32,989 nucleotides of DNA from Bacteroidota bacterium (GTDB taxonomy: Bacteria; Bacteroidota; Bacteroidia; Chitinophagales; Chitinophagaceae): positions 1 to 32,989 of the forward strand of contig JANOFP010000527.1 in assembly GCA_031413675.1 (NCBI GenBank), given 5' to 3'. The first letter of the stretch is position 1; each line of letters begins with the position of its first letter. The notes beneath the pieces were generated by a model. It saw nothing but the letters and a program-made list of their open reading frames with translations, did no database searches and was not told the DNA's origin. Of this stretch, positions 16,601 to 25,890 are shown piece after piece. The position numbers were made by a program, and so were the translations under genes.

Positions 16601-16722
16601 ATATTGGTTGGGACCCCGAAGTAAATGCAGATTTCAGTGCAAGTAATATATCACAGGGTAATGATTTTTATTCTGCACCACAAATCAAGGCGCTTATTTT
16701 CGGAATCAACATCGGTTTATAA
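13609..16722 (+). CDS. SusC/RagA-family TonB-dependent outer membrane transporter
   Basis: I moved the start to MRKLKLLMLIGSLFSIQLLFAQ (signal peptide). It has a carboxypeptidase-regulatory-like N-domain, a plug region (VVVGYGT) and a long beta-barrel, and it is paired with a SusD gene. Confidence 0.9.
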   Translation: MRKLKLLMLIGSLFSIQLLFAQTKTVSGKITDAKDGSPLAGVSVKPKGNVTAGTTTGLDGSFNLSVDAKTKVLVFSSIGYSEKEVTISDKEIVISMVQSDNSLSEVVVVGYGTKIKRDITGSVSRVGAKELANTPVTSFENALQGRAAGVFIEQQNGKVGQGIKVRVRGSASVSAGSEPLYVLDGIPLITTNLSSNGATTNPLADINPNDIESIEILKDASSAAIYGSRGSNGVVLISTKKGKAGKSKIEFGYFTGTQKPTRKMEFMNSEEYVQLFRLAAIGAGRQDFLRGLYPTLQAAIDANVLFVESRMTRYSAGNTDWQTYKVNTDWQALAFQDAPISQYDLNFSGGNDKTIFFMAGQYLDQKGIMVRNGFKRYSGRLNLENKVRDWLSVGMNMNFARSLNSRISNDNAFSTPLQITALSPITPAIDPRTGQTSGALDNATGLPNTNYPVYYNPILSLENASYGTAVNRTIGNVFANVTLMKGLTFRSEFGIDQLNQNEESYNGRKTRRNNGGATFGTGFFTADQIINVNTNNFFRYVTSFKGAHDLEAVAGTSYQNYKSYNSTGTARDFPSDAFTKLVSASTKTDASSSETQFTFLSYFARANYKFNNKYLFSISGRYDGSSRFGKNNRYGFFPAASAGWILSEEKFLSNVKWLNFLKLKASYGQTGNAEIGNFASRGLYSGDAAYGGQPGTRPTQIPNPDLTWENTTSSDIGVEFSILNSRITVEVDYYQRKTKDLLLSVEVPGTSGFATQLRNIGKLDNKGFEFTINSENFVGKNFRWSSSINFAANKNKIKDLKGQVLGGGVNKAKEGYALGTFFAREFAGADPANGDALYIKNTLLPDGKRDRSTTNNYNLAEDVEIGNPNPDFIYGFRNNFSYKGIDLDVLLQGVAGNDIYLAGGQYFAASGSNGFDNQTRDQLKAWQKPGDITNIPEARTFYANGVNASTRYITKGSYLRVKSATLSYSLPKSILNKIKVDRVKIYVRGQNLFTFTDYIGWDPEVNADFSASNISQGNDFYSAPQIKALIFGINIGL

Positions 16723-16740
16723 TTTTAAAATATTAAAAAC

Positions 16741-18084
16741 ATGAAAAATAATTTTTTATATATGGCAATTATTGGAGGGCTAGTAATTGCTGCAGGCTGT
16801 GATAAAAAGCTTGACACAGTTCCCAAACAAAGTATTGATGAGCTAAATGCATTAAAAACAGCATCCGATGTTCAGGTTGCTTTAATCGGAACTTATGCTG
16901 ATTTTGGAGGAGTTGACTCCTATGGTGGCAGAATTTTTTTAAACCAGGATTTGCTCGGTGATAATAATGAGCTCACCTGGACCGGCACCTTTGCAGGTAT
17001 GACGCAAATAAAAAACAAAGCAATTCCAAAAGATAATGGTTTTGTCGCAAATACATGGCTTGTTTCTTACAGAGCAATTAATGATCTCAATAATGTTCTA
17101 AGTGCTTTGGATGTTCTACCTACTCAAGCTGTAAAAGACAGGACTGAAGGTGAAGCAAAATTTATCCGTGGCAGTTTATTTTTTGATCTGGTAAGATCTT
17201 TTGCAAAAGCATACAATGACGGAACACCTGCATCTAACCCGGGGGTACCAATTGTTACAACACCTACCCGAGGTATTACAGAAGCTGATCAAAGACCACG
17301 TAACACGGTTGCCGAAGTTTATACGCAAGTAATCCAGGATCTAACAGATGCAGAAGCAAAACTTCCTACAACAAATGGATTTTTTGCAACAAAAAATGCC
17401 GCCGCCGCTATGTTAGCGAGGGTTTCTCTACAAAAAGGAGATTATGCAAATGCCAGAGATGCAGCTAACCGGGTTATTGCTTCAGCTATATATTCGCTTA
17501 GGCCAACTTATGCACAGGTATTTCCGGCTTCAGCAGCACAAGTAGTTAATCATTCTGAAGATATTTTTGCAATACAGGTTACTACAGCACAGGGTGCCAA
17601 TGGATTTCATCAATTTTATTCACCTCAAAGCCGGGGCGATATTTCAATTAAGGCAGCCCATTTAGCATTATATGAAGCGGGTGATGCCAGAAGAAATTTA
17701 TTCTTTGTTTCCGGTGGTTCTACTTTTACAGGTAAATATGAAAGTCGTTATGGCAATGTTCATATTCTCCGGTTAGCAGAAATGTATTTAATCCGTGCTG
17801 AAGCAAATCAAAGATTAGGAACATCCATCGGAGCTACACCCGAGCAGGATCTTACCAGAATTCGTCAGAGAGTTGGATTACCCGCTATAATTGGCCCAAC
17901 GCTGAATGATATTTTGAAAGAACGTAAATTGGAATTAATGTTTGAAGGACATACTCTTCATGATATAAAACGTTTACAGGGAACAGTCGGATTATTACCC
18001 TGGAATGATAAAACACTTATTTATCCTATTCCTCAAAGAGAAAGAAATGTAAACAGCAATCTTACTCAGAATGAAGGTTATTAA
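16741..18084 (+). CDS. RagB/SusD-family nutrient-binding outer membrane lipoprotein
   Basis: It has the lipobox LVIAAGC, the C-terminal signature PIPQRERNVNSNLTQNEGY, and starts 18 nt after SusC. Confidence 0.9.
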   Translation: MKNNFLYMAIIGGLVIAAGCDKKLDTVPKQSIDELNALKTASDVQVALIGTYADFGGVDSYGGRIFLNQDLLGDNNELTWTGTFAGMTQIKNKAIPKDNGFVANTWLVSYRAINDLNNVLSALDVLPTQAVKDRTEGEAKFIRGSLFFDLVRSFAKAYNDGTPASNPGVPIVTTPTRGITEADQRPRNTVAEVYTQVIQDLTDAEAKLPTTNGFFATKNAAAAMLARVSLQKGDYANARDAANRVIASAIYSLRPTYAQVFPASAAQVVNHSEDIFAIQVTTAQGANGFHQFYSPQSRGDISIKAAHLALYEAGDARRNLFFVSGGSTFTGKYESRYGNVHILRLAEMYLIRAEANQRLGTSIGATPEQDLTRIRQRVGLPAIIGPTLNDILKERKLELMFEGHTLHDIKRLQGTVGLLPWNDKTLIYPIPQRERNVNSNLTQNEGY

Positions 18085-18101
18085 AAAATAACTGCTGAAA
18101 T

Positions 18102-18131
18102 AAAAAACCCGGTTGATCAACCGGGTTTTTT
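18102..18131. terminator. Bidirectional intrinsic terminator between SusD (+) and RNase G (-)
   Basis: The perfect palindrome AACCCGGTTGA/TCAACCGGGTT is flanked by A6 upstream and T6 downstream. Confidence 0.85.
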
Positions 18132-18150
18132 GTTTTCTTCTTGAAAACTA

Positions 18151-19704
18151 TTATAATTTAATTTCCTCTTCGTGTTTATTAAAAAAACGAAATTCTGTAA
18201 GATGATAATTTGTATTCTGCTGCAGATAGGTTTTCTGTTTGAATTTTTTATTCCATTTTGCAAGCCGTGTAGACCATGGCCAACCTTTAGTAAGGTAAGC
18301 ATACATAATTGGATGAACAATTAATCTAAGGTTGGCGTGTTTATGTGTAATCAGATAACTCAGATTTTTTTCAATCTCATCTTCCAGTAATAATGCAGAA
18401 GAAATTTTTCCGGTACCGCTGCAACTTGGGCATACCTCCTGTGTATTAATATTCATTTCGGGTTTCATCCGCTGGCGGGTAACCTGCATCAAACCAAATT
18501 TTGAAATTGGCAGCACTGCATGCTTGGCCCTGTCCGGAGCCATAAACTCTTCCATTTTTTCAATAAGCTTCCGTTTATTATCAGGAAGTTTCATGTCAAT
18601 AAAATCAACTACAATGATACCCCCCAAATCACGAAGGCGAAACTGTCTTGCAATTTCTTCGGCTGCTTCAAGGTTTGTTTCCAGTGCATTTAATTCCTGG
18701 TTATTACTTACGCTTTTATATCCACTGTTTACATCCACTACATGCAATGCTTCGGTATGTTCAATTATAATATAAGCTCCGCTGTTTAAGTTTACTGTTT
18801 TACCAAATGATGATTTTACCTGTTTGGTAATTCCAAAAGAATCAAAAATGGTAGAGCCGTTATTGTAATAACTCACGATGTCCATTTTATCTGGAGCAAT
18901 CCGCTGAATATAATTCCGGGTATCGTTATAAATGTTTTTATCATTTACCACAATCTTATTAAAGTCTTCATTTAGCAAATCCCGGAGAATGCTTGTAGCC
19001 TTAGTTTGCTCACTTAAAATTTTTGCCGGTGGTACGGCACCCTTTAAATTATTTTGAATCGTTTTCCAGGTTTCAACTAATGAAGCAAGATCTTCATGGA
19101 GTTCAGCTGTATTTTTTCCTTCAGCAGCTGTACGTACAATGACACCAAAGTTTTTCGGCTTTATTGATTCGACGATTCGTTGCAATCTTTTGCGTTCATC
19201 AGATGAATGAATTTTCCTGGAAACGGCAACAATATTATTAAAAGGAGTGATAACAATGAACCTGCCCGGTAAAGATATTTCACAACTTAATCTTGGTCCT
19301 TTTGCAGCAATAGGTTCTTTTAAAATTTGAACAAGAATATTTGGCTTACCCCCCAATACATCATTTATTTTACCCGTCTTTACTATCTCGGGTTCCACTT
19401 CAAATTTACCAAAGTCCATGATGCTTTCCGTTTTGTCGGCTATCGATAAATTGGTAAACTTCAACAAAGATTTTGCGTAAGGGCTTAAATCCGTATAGTG
19501 AAGAAATGCATCTTTCTCAAACCCTACATCTACAAATGCGGCATTCAATCCTGGGATGAGTTTTTTTACTTTACCCAGATATAAATCGCCTACTGCAAAA
19601 CGTCCATCGCTTTTTTCGCTATGCAGTTCCACCAGCTTTTTATCTTCCAGTAAGGCAATTTCCACACCCTGAGGTGCAGCATTAATAATAAGTTCTTTGT
19701 TCAT
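18151..19704 (-). CDS. rng: Ribonuclease G (Rne/Rng family)
   Basis: It has an N-terminal S1 domain (GDLYLGKVKKLIPGLNAAFVDVG), a catalytic core (VVDFIDM) and the Zn-link CPSCSGTG. Confidence 0.9.
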   Translation of the reverse strand: MNKELIINAAPQGVEIALLEDKKLVELHSEKSDGRFAVGDLYLGKVKKLIPGLNAAFVDVGFEKDAFLHYTDLSPYAKSLLKFTNLSIADKTESIMDFGKFEVEPEIVKTGKINDVLGGKPNILVQILKEPIAAKGPRLSCEISLPGRFIVITPFNNIVAVSRKIHSSDERKRLQRIVESIKPKNFGVIVRTAAEGKNTAELHEDLASLVETWKTIQNNLKGAVPPAKILSEQTKATSILRDLLNEDFNKIVVNDKNIYNDTRNYIQRIAPDKMDIVSYYNNGSTIFDSFGITKQVKSSFGKTVNLNSGAYIIIEHTEALHVVDVNSGYKSVSNNQELNALETNLEAAEEIARQFRLRDLGGIIVVDFIDMKLPDNKRKLIEKMEEFMAPDRAKHAVLPISKFGLMQVTRQRMKPEMNINTQEVCPSCSGTGKISSALLLEDEIEKNLSYLITHKHANLRLIVHPIMYAYLTKGWPWSTRLAKWNKKFKQKTYLQQNTNYHLTEFRFFNKHEEEIKL

Positions 19705-19890
19705 TTAATAACTCAAGATGGCTTCATCTCCTGAAACCGGTAGTCAGAAATGCTGTATGTGATTGCATGGTTAGAACCTGATATAAGTGTGCAGCAAATT
19801 GGTGGGAGCAAACTAATACAGCAAACAACCGGTCTTTTAAAATTGCCGGAAATAAAAATCTCCGGAAATTTTATTCAGAAAAAGAAATGA

Positions 19891-19986
19891 TTATTTATTT
19901 CTTTTCTTGTGTCTGTTCTTTCTCAATCTTTTTTTACGCTTATGCGTCGCAATTTTATGACGCTTTCTTTTCTTACCACAAGGCAT
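19891..19986 (-). CDS. 31-aa highly basic protein, bS22-like (AURKAIP1/COX24-domain family)
   Basis: It is not in the ORF track. The sequence from ATG to TAA is MPCGKKRKRHKIATHKRKKRLRKNRHKKRNK, with 18 of 31 residues K or R. It closely resembles the ~30-aa Bacteroidota proteins of this family, recalled from memory. Confidence 0.65.
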   Translation of the reverse strand: MPCGKKRKRHKIATHKRKKRLRKNRHKKRNK

Positions 19987-20054
19987 ACTAATACTTTTTT
20001 TTAAAAATTAATAAATTAAATAAGGTTCAATTATTTCAACATGCCGCTGCACAT

Positions 20055-20906
20055 TTATTTCAATTCGCTTATTCTTTTCTCCACTTCCTGTTTCCAGTCT
20101 GGTCTTTTTATAAGAATCAGACTTTTATTATACCAGTCAATAGCTTCTTTTTTTTTCCCTGTCATCGCATAAACATCTGCGAGTTTTAGAATTGCATCAA
20201 GATTTGACGGTTCTAAACTGTTCACTTTTTTCAACCGGTCAAATGCTTTTTCATATTGTCCGGAAAAAATAGATGCATCCGCCAGGGTCATCAGAGCATA
20301 AATGTTTGTACTGTCTTTAGTTAGCACTCCCATTATTTTTTGAATTCCTTCCATCGGTGTTTCTGAAATTCCGCCATAAATATGGCTAATTCCCAGTTCC
20401 ACTTTTGATGAATCATTGGAAGGATTTATGCTCAAAGATCTTTCGTACAGCTCTTTTGCCTGAAGAGCTTTCCATTTTCTTTTTTTTGGGTCAGTTTCCT
20501 GTCTTAAACCCTCTAAAAATAAACGGGCAGCAAAAATGAGGTTTTTTTCTGAACTTTCCAATCTTGCTGCTTGTGCCTCGTACCAGGAATATGGTTCAAA
20601 AGCCTGAGCTGAATCACTCCAAAAATGTGAAAGTTGATGATAAATTTTTAATTGTTGATCTTTTATAGCCCCCCGACTGATAGAATTTTCCAATTGTTCC
20701 AAACGCAAACCCTGTTCAGCAGTGATTCTTAATTTTGCTTCTGCAAGCATACTGTCTTCATTATAAAAGGAAGCTGCTTTAATTGCTGACAAATTCCCAG
20801 TTTGTGTTGCAGAAGATTTTTTAGTTTTTTCGGTTTTACCAAAAAAGTATAATAAGGCAACTAAACAGATGCCAGCAAAGGCTGTAATAAATTGAGGTCT
20901 TTTCAC
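20055..20906 (-). CDS. Tetratricopeptide-repeat protein with an N-terminal membrane anchor
   Basis: The start is GTG. It has one N-terminal hydrophobic helix and TPR-like helical repeats. It sits between hup and rng. Confidence 0.75.
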   Translation of the reverse strand: MKRPQFITAFAGICLVALLYFFGKTEKTKKSSATQTGNLSAIKAASFYNEDSMLAEAKLRITAEQGLRLEQLENSISRGAIKDQQLKIYHQLSHFWSDSAQAFEPYSWYEAQAARLESSEKNLIFAARLFLEGLRQETDPKKRKWKALQAKELYERSLSINPSNDSSKVELGISHIYGGISETPMEGIQKIMGVLTKDSTNIYALMTLADASIFSGQYEKAFDRLKKVNSLEPSNLDAILKLADVYAMTGKKKEAIDWYNKSLILIKRPDWKQEVEKRISELK

Positions 20907-20942
20907 AAATAAAAATCTTCAAAGGATTACGACACTTTGAAG
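20907..20942 (-). terminator. Terminator or attenuator hairpin after hup, abutting the TPR gene start
   Basis: An 8-bp stem CTTCAAAG/CTTTGAAG with a 10-nt loop is followed on the minus strand by ATTTTTATTT, which runs directly into the GTG start at 20906. Confidence 0.55.
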
Positions 20943-20998
20943 TCGGCAAATGTACTTTAAAGCAAGTGAACAAAGGGAGAAACTATTAGGTTAGATTA

Positions 20999-21325
20999 CT
21001 ACTGTCCTTCAACTTCATCTCCTGGACCAGCATCTGGTTTTACCGTTACAAGTTTTTTAACTTCTGCGACAAACTCTTTTGCCGGTTTAAAAGCTGGGAT
21101 ATAATGTGCTGGAATATGAACAGCAATATTTTTTTTAATATTTCGCCCAATTTTTGCGGCCCTTTTTTTGGTAATAAAACTGCCAAAGCCCCGGATATAA
21201 ATATTTTCTCCGGCCGCTAATGTGTCTTTTACTTCTTTAAACATGGTTTCTAAAGTAACCAGCACATCAACCTTTGGAATGCCGGTTTTTTCGGAAATCT
21301 GATTGACCAGATCGGCTTTTCTCAT
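20999..21325 (-). CDS. hup: HU-family DNA-binding protein
   Basis: It has the HU fold signature RGFGSF and a DNA-binding arm, plus a short acidic C-terminal extension. Confidence 0.9.
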   Translation of the reverse strand: MRKADLVNQISEKTGIPKVDVLVTLETMFKEVKDTLAAGENIYIRGFGSFITKKRAAKIGRNIKKNIAVHIPAHYIPAFKPAKEFVAEVKKLVTVKPDAGPGDEVEGQ

Positions 21326-21460
21326 TGCTTTTAAGTTTTTAGAGAGTTGATAGTTCCCCGAATTTAGTACAAAAATTAATGATTTTCAAAGGGATAGGCA
21401 GATTTTTTTTGACAATTTGTTACGATGTGTTGAAATTGCATCAAAACATATGGGCTTTTT

Positions 21461-22522
21461 ATGGCATTAAGTATTCAAAAAAACAAGTTTACTGAGCAAC
21501 TTATAAAATGGAATAGCGAAAAGAATAAGCGGGTAATGCCATGGAAAGGAGAAAAAGATCCTTATAAAATATGGTTGAGCGAAATAATACTACAACAAAC
21601 AAGAGTAGTGCAGGGATTAGAGTACTATAACCATTTTGTAAAAAAATTTCCAGACATTCATAAACTTGCAAGCACAACAGATAAAAAGATTTTTAAAATG
21701 TGGGAAGGTCTTGGTTATTATACCCGTTGCCGAAACCTAATAGCAACTGCTCGTTTTATTTCTAAAGAAAAGGGCGGAAAATTTCCTGATAGTTATGAAG
21801 GAATCAAATCATTGAAAGGAATTGGGCCCTATACTGCCGCTGCTATCTCCTCCTTTGCATTTAATCTGCCACATGCTGTTGTAGATGGAAATGTTTACAG
21901 AGTGCTATCGAGAATATTTGGAATAAAAAAGCCAACAGACACTATTGAAGGAAAAAAATACTTTAATAAACTGGCAACAGAACTACTGGATAAAAAAAAA
22001 CCGGGCATTTACAATCAGGCAATTATGGATTTTGGGGCTATTGTTTGTAAACCTGCTGCACCACTTTGTACAGAATGTATTTTTAAAAAATATTGTTTCG
22101 TTTTTTTGAATAATAAGATAACTGAGCTCCCTTTAAAAGAAAAAAAGATTGTAAAAAAGAGTCGCTGGTTTATATATCTGGTCCTTGTATGTGATGATGA
22201 AATCTTTATTCACCAAAGAACCGGAAAAGATATTTGGCATCATTTATATGAGTTTCTTCTTTTTGAAGAAGAAAAAAGAGTATCGAAGCAATCTATTTTA
22301 AATCTTTTAGCAAAAAATAATATTGACAGTAGTGATTTAAAATTTTCGGACTTGTACAAACAACAATTATCTCATCAGGAAATCAATACTTTTTTCATCT
22401 ATAAAAAGATGAGGCAAAAACCCCGGGAAATTGAAAATGGAATCTGGATTAAAAAAAATAAGTTAAGCCATTATACTTTTCCCGGCATGATAAGAGAATA
22501 TTTGAAAAATAATAGGCTTTAA
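21461..22522 (+). CDS. mutY: A/G-specific adenine glycosylase
   Basis: It has the HhH-GPD element LKGIGPYTAAAI, the 4Fe-4S loop C-x6-C-x2-C-x5-C (CKPAAPLCTECIFKKYC) and a NUDIX-like C-terminal domain. Confidence 0.9.
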   Translation: MALSIQKNKFTEQLIKWNSEKNKRVMPWKGEKDPYKIWLSEIILQQTRVVQGLEYYNHFVKKFPDIHKLASTTDKKIFKMWEGLGYYTRCRNLIATARFISKEKGGKFPDSYEGIKSLKGIGPYTAAAISSFAFNLPHAVVDGNVYRVLSRIFGIKKPTDTIEGKKYFNKLATELLDKKKPGIYNQAIMDFGAIVCKPAAPLCTECIFKKYCFVFLNNKITELPLKEKKIVKKSRWFIYLVLVCDDEIFIHQRTGKDIWHHLYEFLLFEEEKRVSKQSILNLLAKNNIDSSDLKFSDLYKQQLSHQEINTFFIYKKMRQKPREIENGIWIKKNKLSHYTFPGMIREYLKNNRL

Positions 22523-22675
22523 CACGCCTTCTGATCAAATTAAGCTACTTCCTTTCTAGTTTCCACATATAATATCATGTTGCAGAAAATTTTTTGTTTT
22601 ATGAGCTTAAAACGTTTTAATTTTAAATGGCATTCGATAACAACAAACCATTCTTAAATCTTAAACTTTAAAATT

Positions 22676-23098
22676 ATGCGTGGCGTTAACCGGGTAATGC
22701 TGATTGGCAATTTGGGTAAAGACCCTGATATGCAAACTTTGGAAGGCAATATTGGAGTTGCTAAATTTCCATTAGCTACTACAGAAACTTTTAAAGACCG
22801 TGGTGGCAAATTAATAAGTCAGACCGAATGGCACACTGTGGTTCTTTGGCGAGGATTGGCAGATCTTGCATCAAAATATTTACATAAAGGAAGTCTCGTA
22901 TACATCGAAGGCCGTCTTCGTACCCGTAGTTGGGAGGACAAAGATGGAAGACACAAATATGCAACCGAAGTAGTAGGTGATAATTTAATAATGCTGGATA
23001 AAAGAACAGATACCCCAGGCAGCACACATCAGGAACCGGTAGCTGAAGAAACGGAAATTCCGCCAGCCACTGATGCAGAAGGAGATCTTAGTTTTTAA
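22676..23098 (+). CDS. ssb: Single-stranded DNA-binding protein
   Basis: It has an OB-fold N-terminus (MRGVNRVMLIGNLGKDPD) and an acidic tail ending in DLSF. Confidence 0.95.
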   Translation: MRGVNRVMLIGNLGKDPDMQTLEGNIGVAKFPLATTETFKDRGGKLISQTEWHTVVLWRGLADLASKYLHKGSLVYIEGRLRTRSWEDKDGRHKYATEVVGDNLIMLDKRTDTPGSTHQEPVAEETEIPPATDAEGDLSF

Positions 23099-23137
23099 TT
23101 TTCATAGAAGTAAAACCATATTTTTGTACTACAATCG

Positions 23138-23170
23138 AAAGCAGGTCGCATCCTGCTTTTGTAATTTTAT
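23138..23170 (+). terminator. Intrinsic terminator after ssb
   Basis: The stem AAAGCAGG/CCTGCTTT with loop TCGCAT is followed by TGTAATTTTATTT. Confidence 0.7.
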
Positions 23171-23191
23171 TTAAACCAAAATTGTTTTTAA

Positions 23192-24529
23192 TTGGATAGC
23201 TTTTCGCTGATTAATTGGATTCATCCACAACCACTTTATATATTACTGGCTGGCAATGCCAATGCTTTAATATTGCCGGTAATACTTCTTGCTGTTTTAT
23301 TATTAATGTCTTTTGCTGTGTCGGGTGCCGAAGTTGCTTTTTTCTCCCTCAACAGTAAAGACATAAATATGCTGAAAACGAAGCAGCATGACGCTGCCAA
23401 ACGAATCATCAATTTATTAGATGAACCAAAAGAAGTTTATGCCACCCTTCTTATCGCTGGCACTTTTATCAACATTAGCATCATTGTACTTTTAAATTTT
23501 TTGCTTAATAAAATAATTCAGGAAAATAGTGACTTGCCATTTCTCAAATTCACGATCAAGGTTATTTCGATAGCTTTTGTTCTTATATTTTTCGGAAAAA
23601 TTTTACCCAAAGTAATGGCAACGCAAAATAATCTTCGGTTTGCTTACGACTCTTCTTTTTTCATTGATTCACTTCATTTATTGATGCGTCGAATAAGCAG
23701 ATGGGTGGTTTCGCTGGCGGATGGCATTGGAAAAAGATTGGGTGCTGATAAAAGTGAAGCGGTAAGCATACGTGAATTAGATGCAGCAATTGATATTAAA
23801 ACGGATGATGAAGCATCGCTGGAAGAAAAAAACATAATGAAAGGTATTGTCAAATTTGGAAACATTTCTGTTAAACAGATTATGCAAAGCCGGTTAGATA
23901 TTAATGGCGTTGATCACAATTCATCTTTTAAACAATTGTTGCAAAAAGTGGAAGAACTTCATTATTCAAGACTCCCGGTTTATAAAAATAATATTGATGA
24001 AGTGGCAGGCATCATCTACTCAAAAGATTTAATTCCCCATCTTGATGAATCGGAAGAGTTTAGCTGGCATGTATTGATGCGTCAACCTTATTTTGTACCT
24101 GAAACAAAATTGATTGTTGATTTATTGAAAGAATTTCAGCAAAAGCGAATTCATTTTGCCGTGGTAGTCGACGAGTTTGGTGGAACAAGTGGTATTGTAA
24201 CATTAGAAGATATTATGGAAGAAGTGATCGGCGAAATAAAAGATGAGTTTGATACCGAAGAAAGCAGATATAAAAAGATAGATGAAAACAATTATGTGTT
24301 TGAAGGAAAAACAATGATTAATGAAATATGTCGAACTATGAAATTGCCACAAGATACTTTTGACCAGGTAAAAGGTGAAAGTGAATCCTTAGCCGGGTTG
24401 GTTCTTGAACTGAATGGAGAAATTCCAGCCGAGAATGAAGTAGTGCCTTGCGGCGATTTTCAGTTTACGATTATTGAGAAAAAACAAAACCGGATACAAT
24501 TAGTTCAAATTACTACCGTTCCTAAATAA
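23192..24529 (+). CDS. gldE: Gliding motility-associated protein GldE (CNNM/DUF21 + CBS pair + CorC_HlyC)
   Basis: The domain order matches, and the mutY-ssb-gldE-gldD synteny is known from Flavobacterium johnsoniae. The start is TTG, giving MDSFS... Confidence 0.85.
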   Translation: MDSFSLINWIHPQPLYILLAGNANALILPVILLAVLLLMSFAVSGAEVAFFSLNSKDINMLKTKQHDAAKRIINLLDEPKEVYATLLIAGTFINISIIVLLNFLLNKIIQENSDLPFLKFTIKVISIAFVLIFFGKILPKVMATQNNLRFAYDSSFFIDSLHLLMRRISRWVVSLADGIGKRLGADKSEAVSIRELDAAIDIKTDDEASLEEKNIMKGIVKFGNISVKQIMQSRLDINGVDHNSSFKQLLQKVEELHYSRLPVYKNNIDEVAGIIYSKDLIPHLDESEEFSWHVLMRQPYFVPETKLIVDLLKEFQQKRIHFAVVVDEFGGTSGIVTLEDIMEEVIGEIKDEFDTEESRYKKIDENNYVFEGKTMINEICRTMKLPQDTFDQVKGESESLAGLVLELNGEIPAENEVVPCGDFQFTIIEKKQNRIQLVQITTVPK

Positions 24530-24543
24530 TAAGTTATTCGTCT

Positions 24544-25155
24544 ATGAAAAACATAGTTACTTTTTGCTCTTTGCTTTTTGTAATTTTCTTTTTTTCCTGC
24601 AACAGCAACTATACATATAAAAAACGTGGCTATTTTAAAATAGATTTTCCAAAAAAAGAATACAAACGCTTTGATGCACCGGGTTATCCTTATTCATTTG
24701 AGTATCCCGTGTATGCAACTATTACAAAAGATTCAACCTTTTTCGGAGATGTAACTGAAAACCCCTGGTGGATTAATATTGATGTACCTCAACTTTCCGG
24801 CAGAGTGTATGTCAGTTATAAAGAAATCAATAACAGAAATAAATTTGATTCATTACTCAACGATGCTTTTAAACTTACCTATATGCGGCATAGTACAATT
24901 GCAAGTGGCCGTGATGATAGTTTAATGAAAACTGAAAACGGTGCCGAAGGATATTTTTTTAAATTGTATGGAAATACAGCAACTGCCAATCAATTTTTTC
25001 TTACGGATTCTTCAAAACATTTCCTCCGCGGAGCTTTATATTTTGATGCAGCACCCAACGAAGATTCTTTAAGCATCGTAAATGATTTTTTAAAACAGGA
25101 TTTATATCATTTAATCAACACATTGAAATGGAAGAACCCAGAAGATTCAAACTAA
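24544..25155 (+). CDS. gldD: Gliding motility lipoprotein GldD
   Basis: It has the lipobox FFFSC and the N-terminal KKRGYFKIDFPKKEYK typical of GldD. It lies directly downstream of gldE. Confidence 0.75.
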   Translation: MKNIVTFCSLLFVIFFFSCNSNYTYKKRGYFKIDFPKKEYKRFDAPGYPYSFEYPVYATITKDSTFFGDVTENPWWINIDVPQLSGRVYVSYKEINNRNKFDSLLNDAFKLTYMRHSTIASGRDDSLMKTENGAEGYFFKLYGNTATANQFFLTDSSKHFLRGALYFDAAPNEDSLSIVNDFLKQDLYHLINTLKWKNPEDSN

Positions 25156-25247
25156 ATTAGCTAACCAGTTTTCTTCAATCTATTTAGTTACGGTTCTTTA
25201 CTACAGAATTAAATTTTCTTAAACCTACATTTGCAAAAAGTAATAAC

Positions 25248-25844
25248 GTGATTGTAATCGACAATGTGATAATCAGCGATGATTTAGTTGAAAAACAATT
25301 TGTTTGTGATCTTGCCAAATGCAAAGGCGGTTGCTGCGAAGATGGTGATGCGGGTGCGCCTTTGGAAAAAGCTGAACTCGAAATTCTTAATGAAGTTTTT
25401 GAAAAAGTAAAACCCTATCTCACCGAAGCTTCTTTAAAAGAAATAGAAAGTAAAGGTAAATATGTATATAACACCGAATTTGGTTTTGTAACCCCTACAC
25501 TTGGCAATGATTCTGAAATTTGTGTTTATGGTATCAGAGAAAAAAATGGAATCATTAAATGTGCATTTGAACAAGCCTATTATGATGGTATTATTGAATG
25601 GAAAAAACCCATTAGCTGTCATTTGTATCCGGTCATAACTAAAAAAGGGAAGCATGGTGGTTATGAAAGAATGAATTATGAACCAAGAGAAAAATTATGC
25701 AGCCCTGCATGTGCGTTGGGTGAAAAATTAAAAATTCCTGCTTACGAATTTCTAAAAGAATCCATCATACGGAAATTTGGAGAAGATTTTTACAATGCGT
25801 TAGATAAAGCAGCAAAAGAGCATTTTTTGAAAGAAAAAAAATGA
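25248..25844 (+). CDS. DUF3109 family protein
   Basis: The start is GTG. The N-terminus contains FVCDLAKCKGGCCEDGD, typical of this family (from memory). Confidence 0.8.
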   Translation: MIVIDNVIISDDLVEKQFVCDLAKCKGGCCEDGDAGAPLEKAELEILNEVFEKVKPYLTEASLKEIESKGKYVYNTEFGFVTPTLGNDSEICVYGIREKNGIIKCAFEQAYYDGIIEWKKPISCHLYPVITKKGKHGGYERMNYEPREKLCSPACALGEKLKIPAYEFLKESIIRKFGEDFYNALDKAAKEHFLKEKK

Positions 25845-25890
25845 TAGCATACAAAAAAGTAAAACCCACCCGCAACAATATTCACTAACA

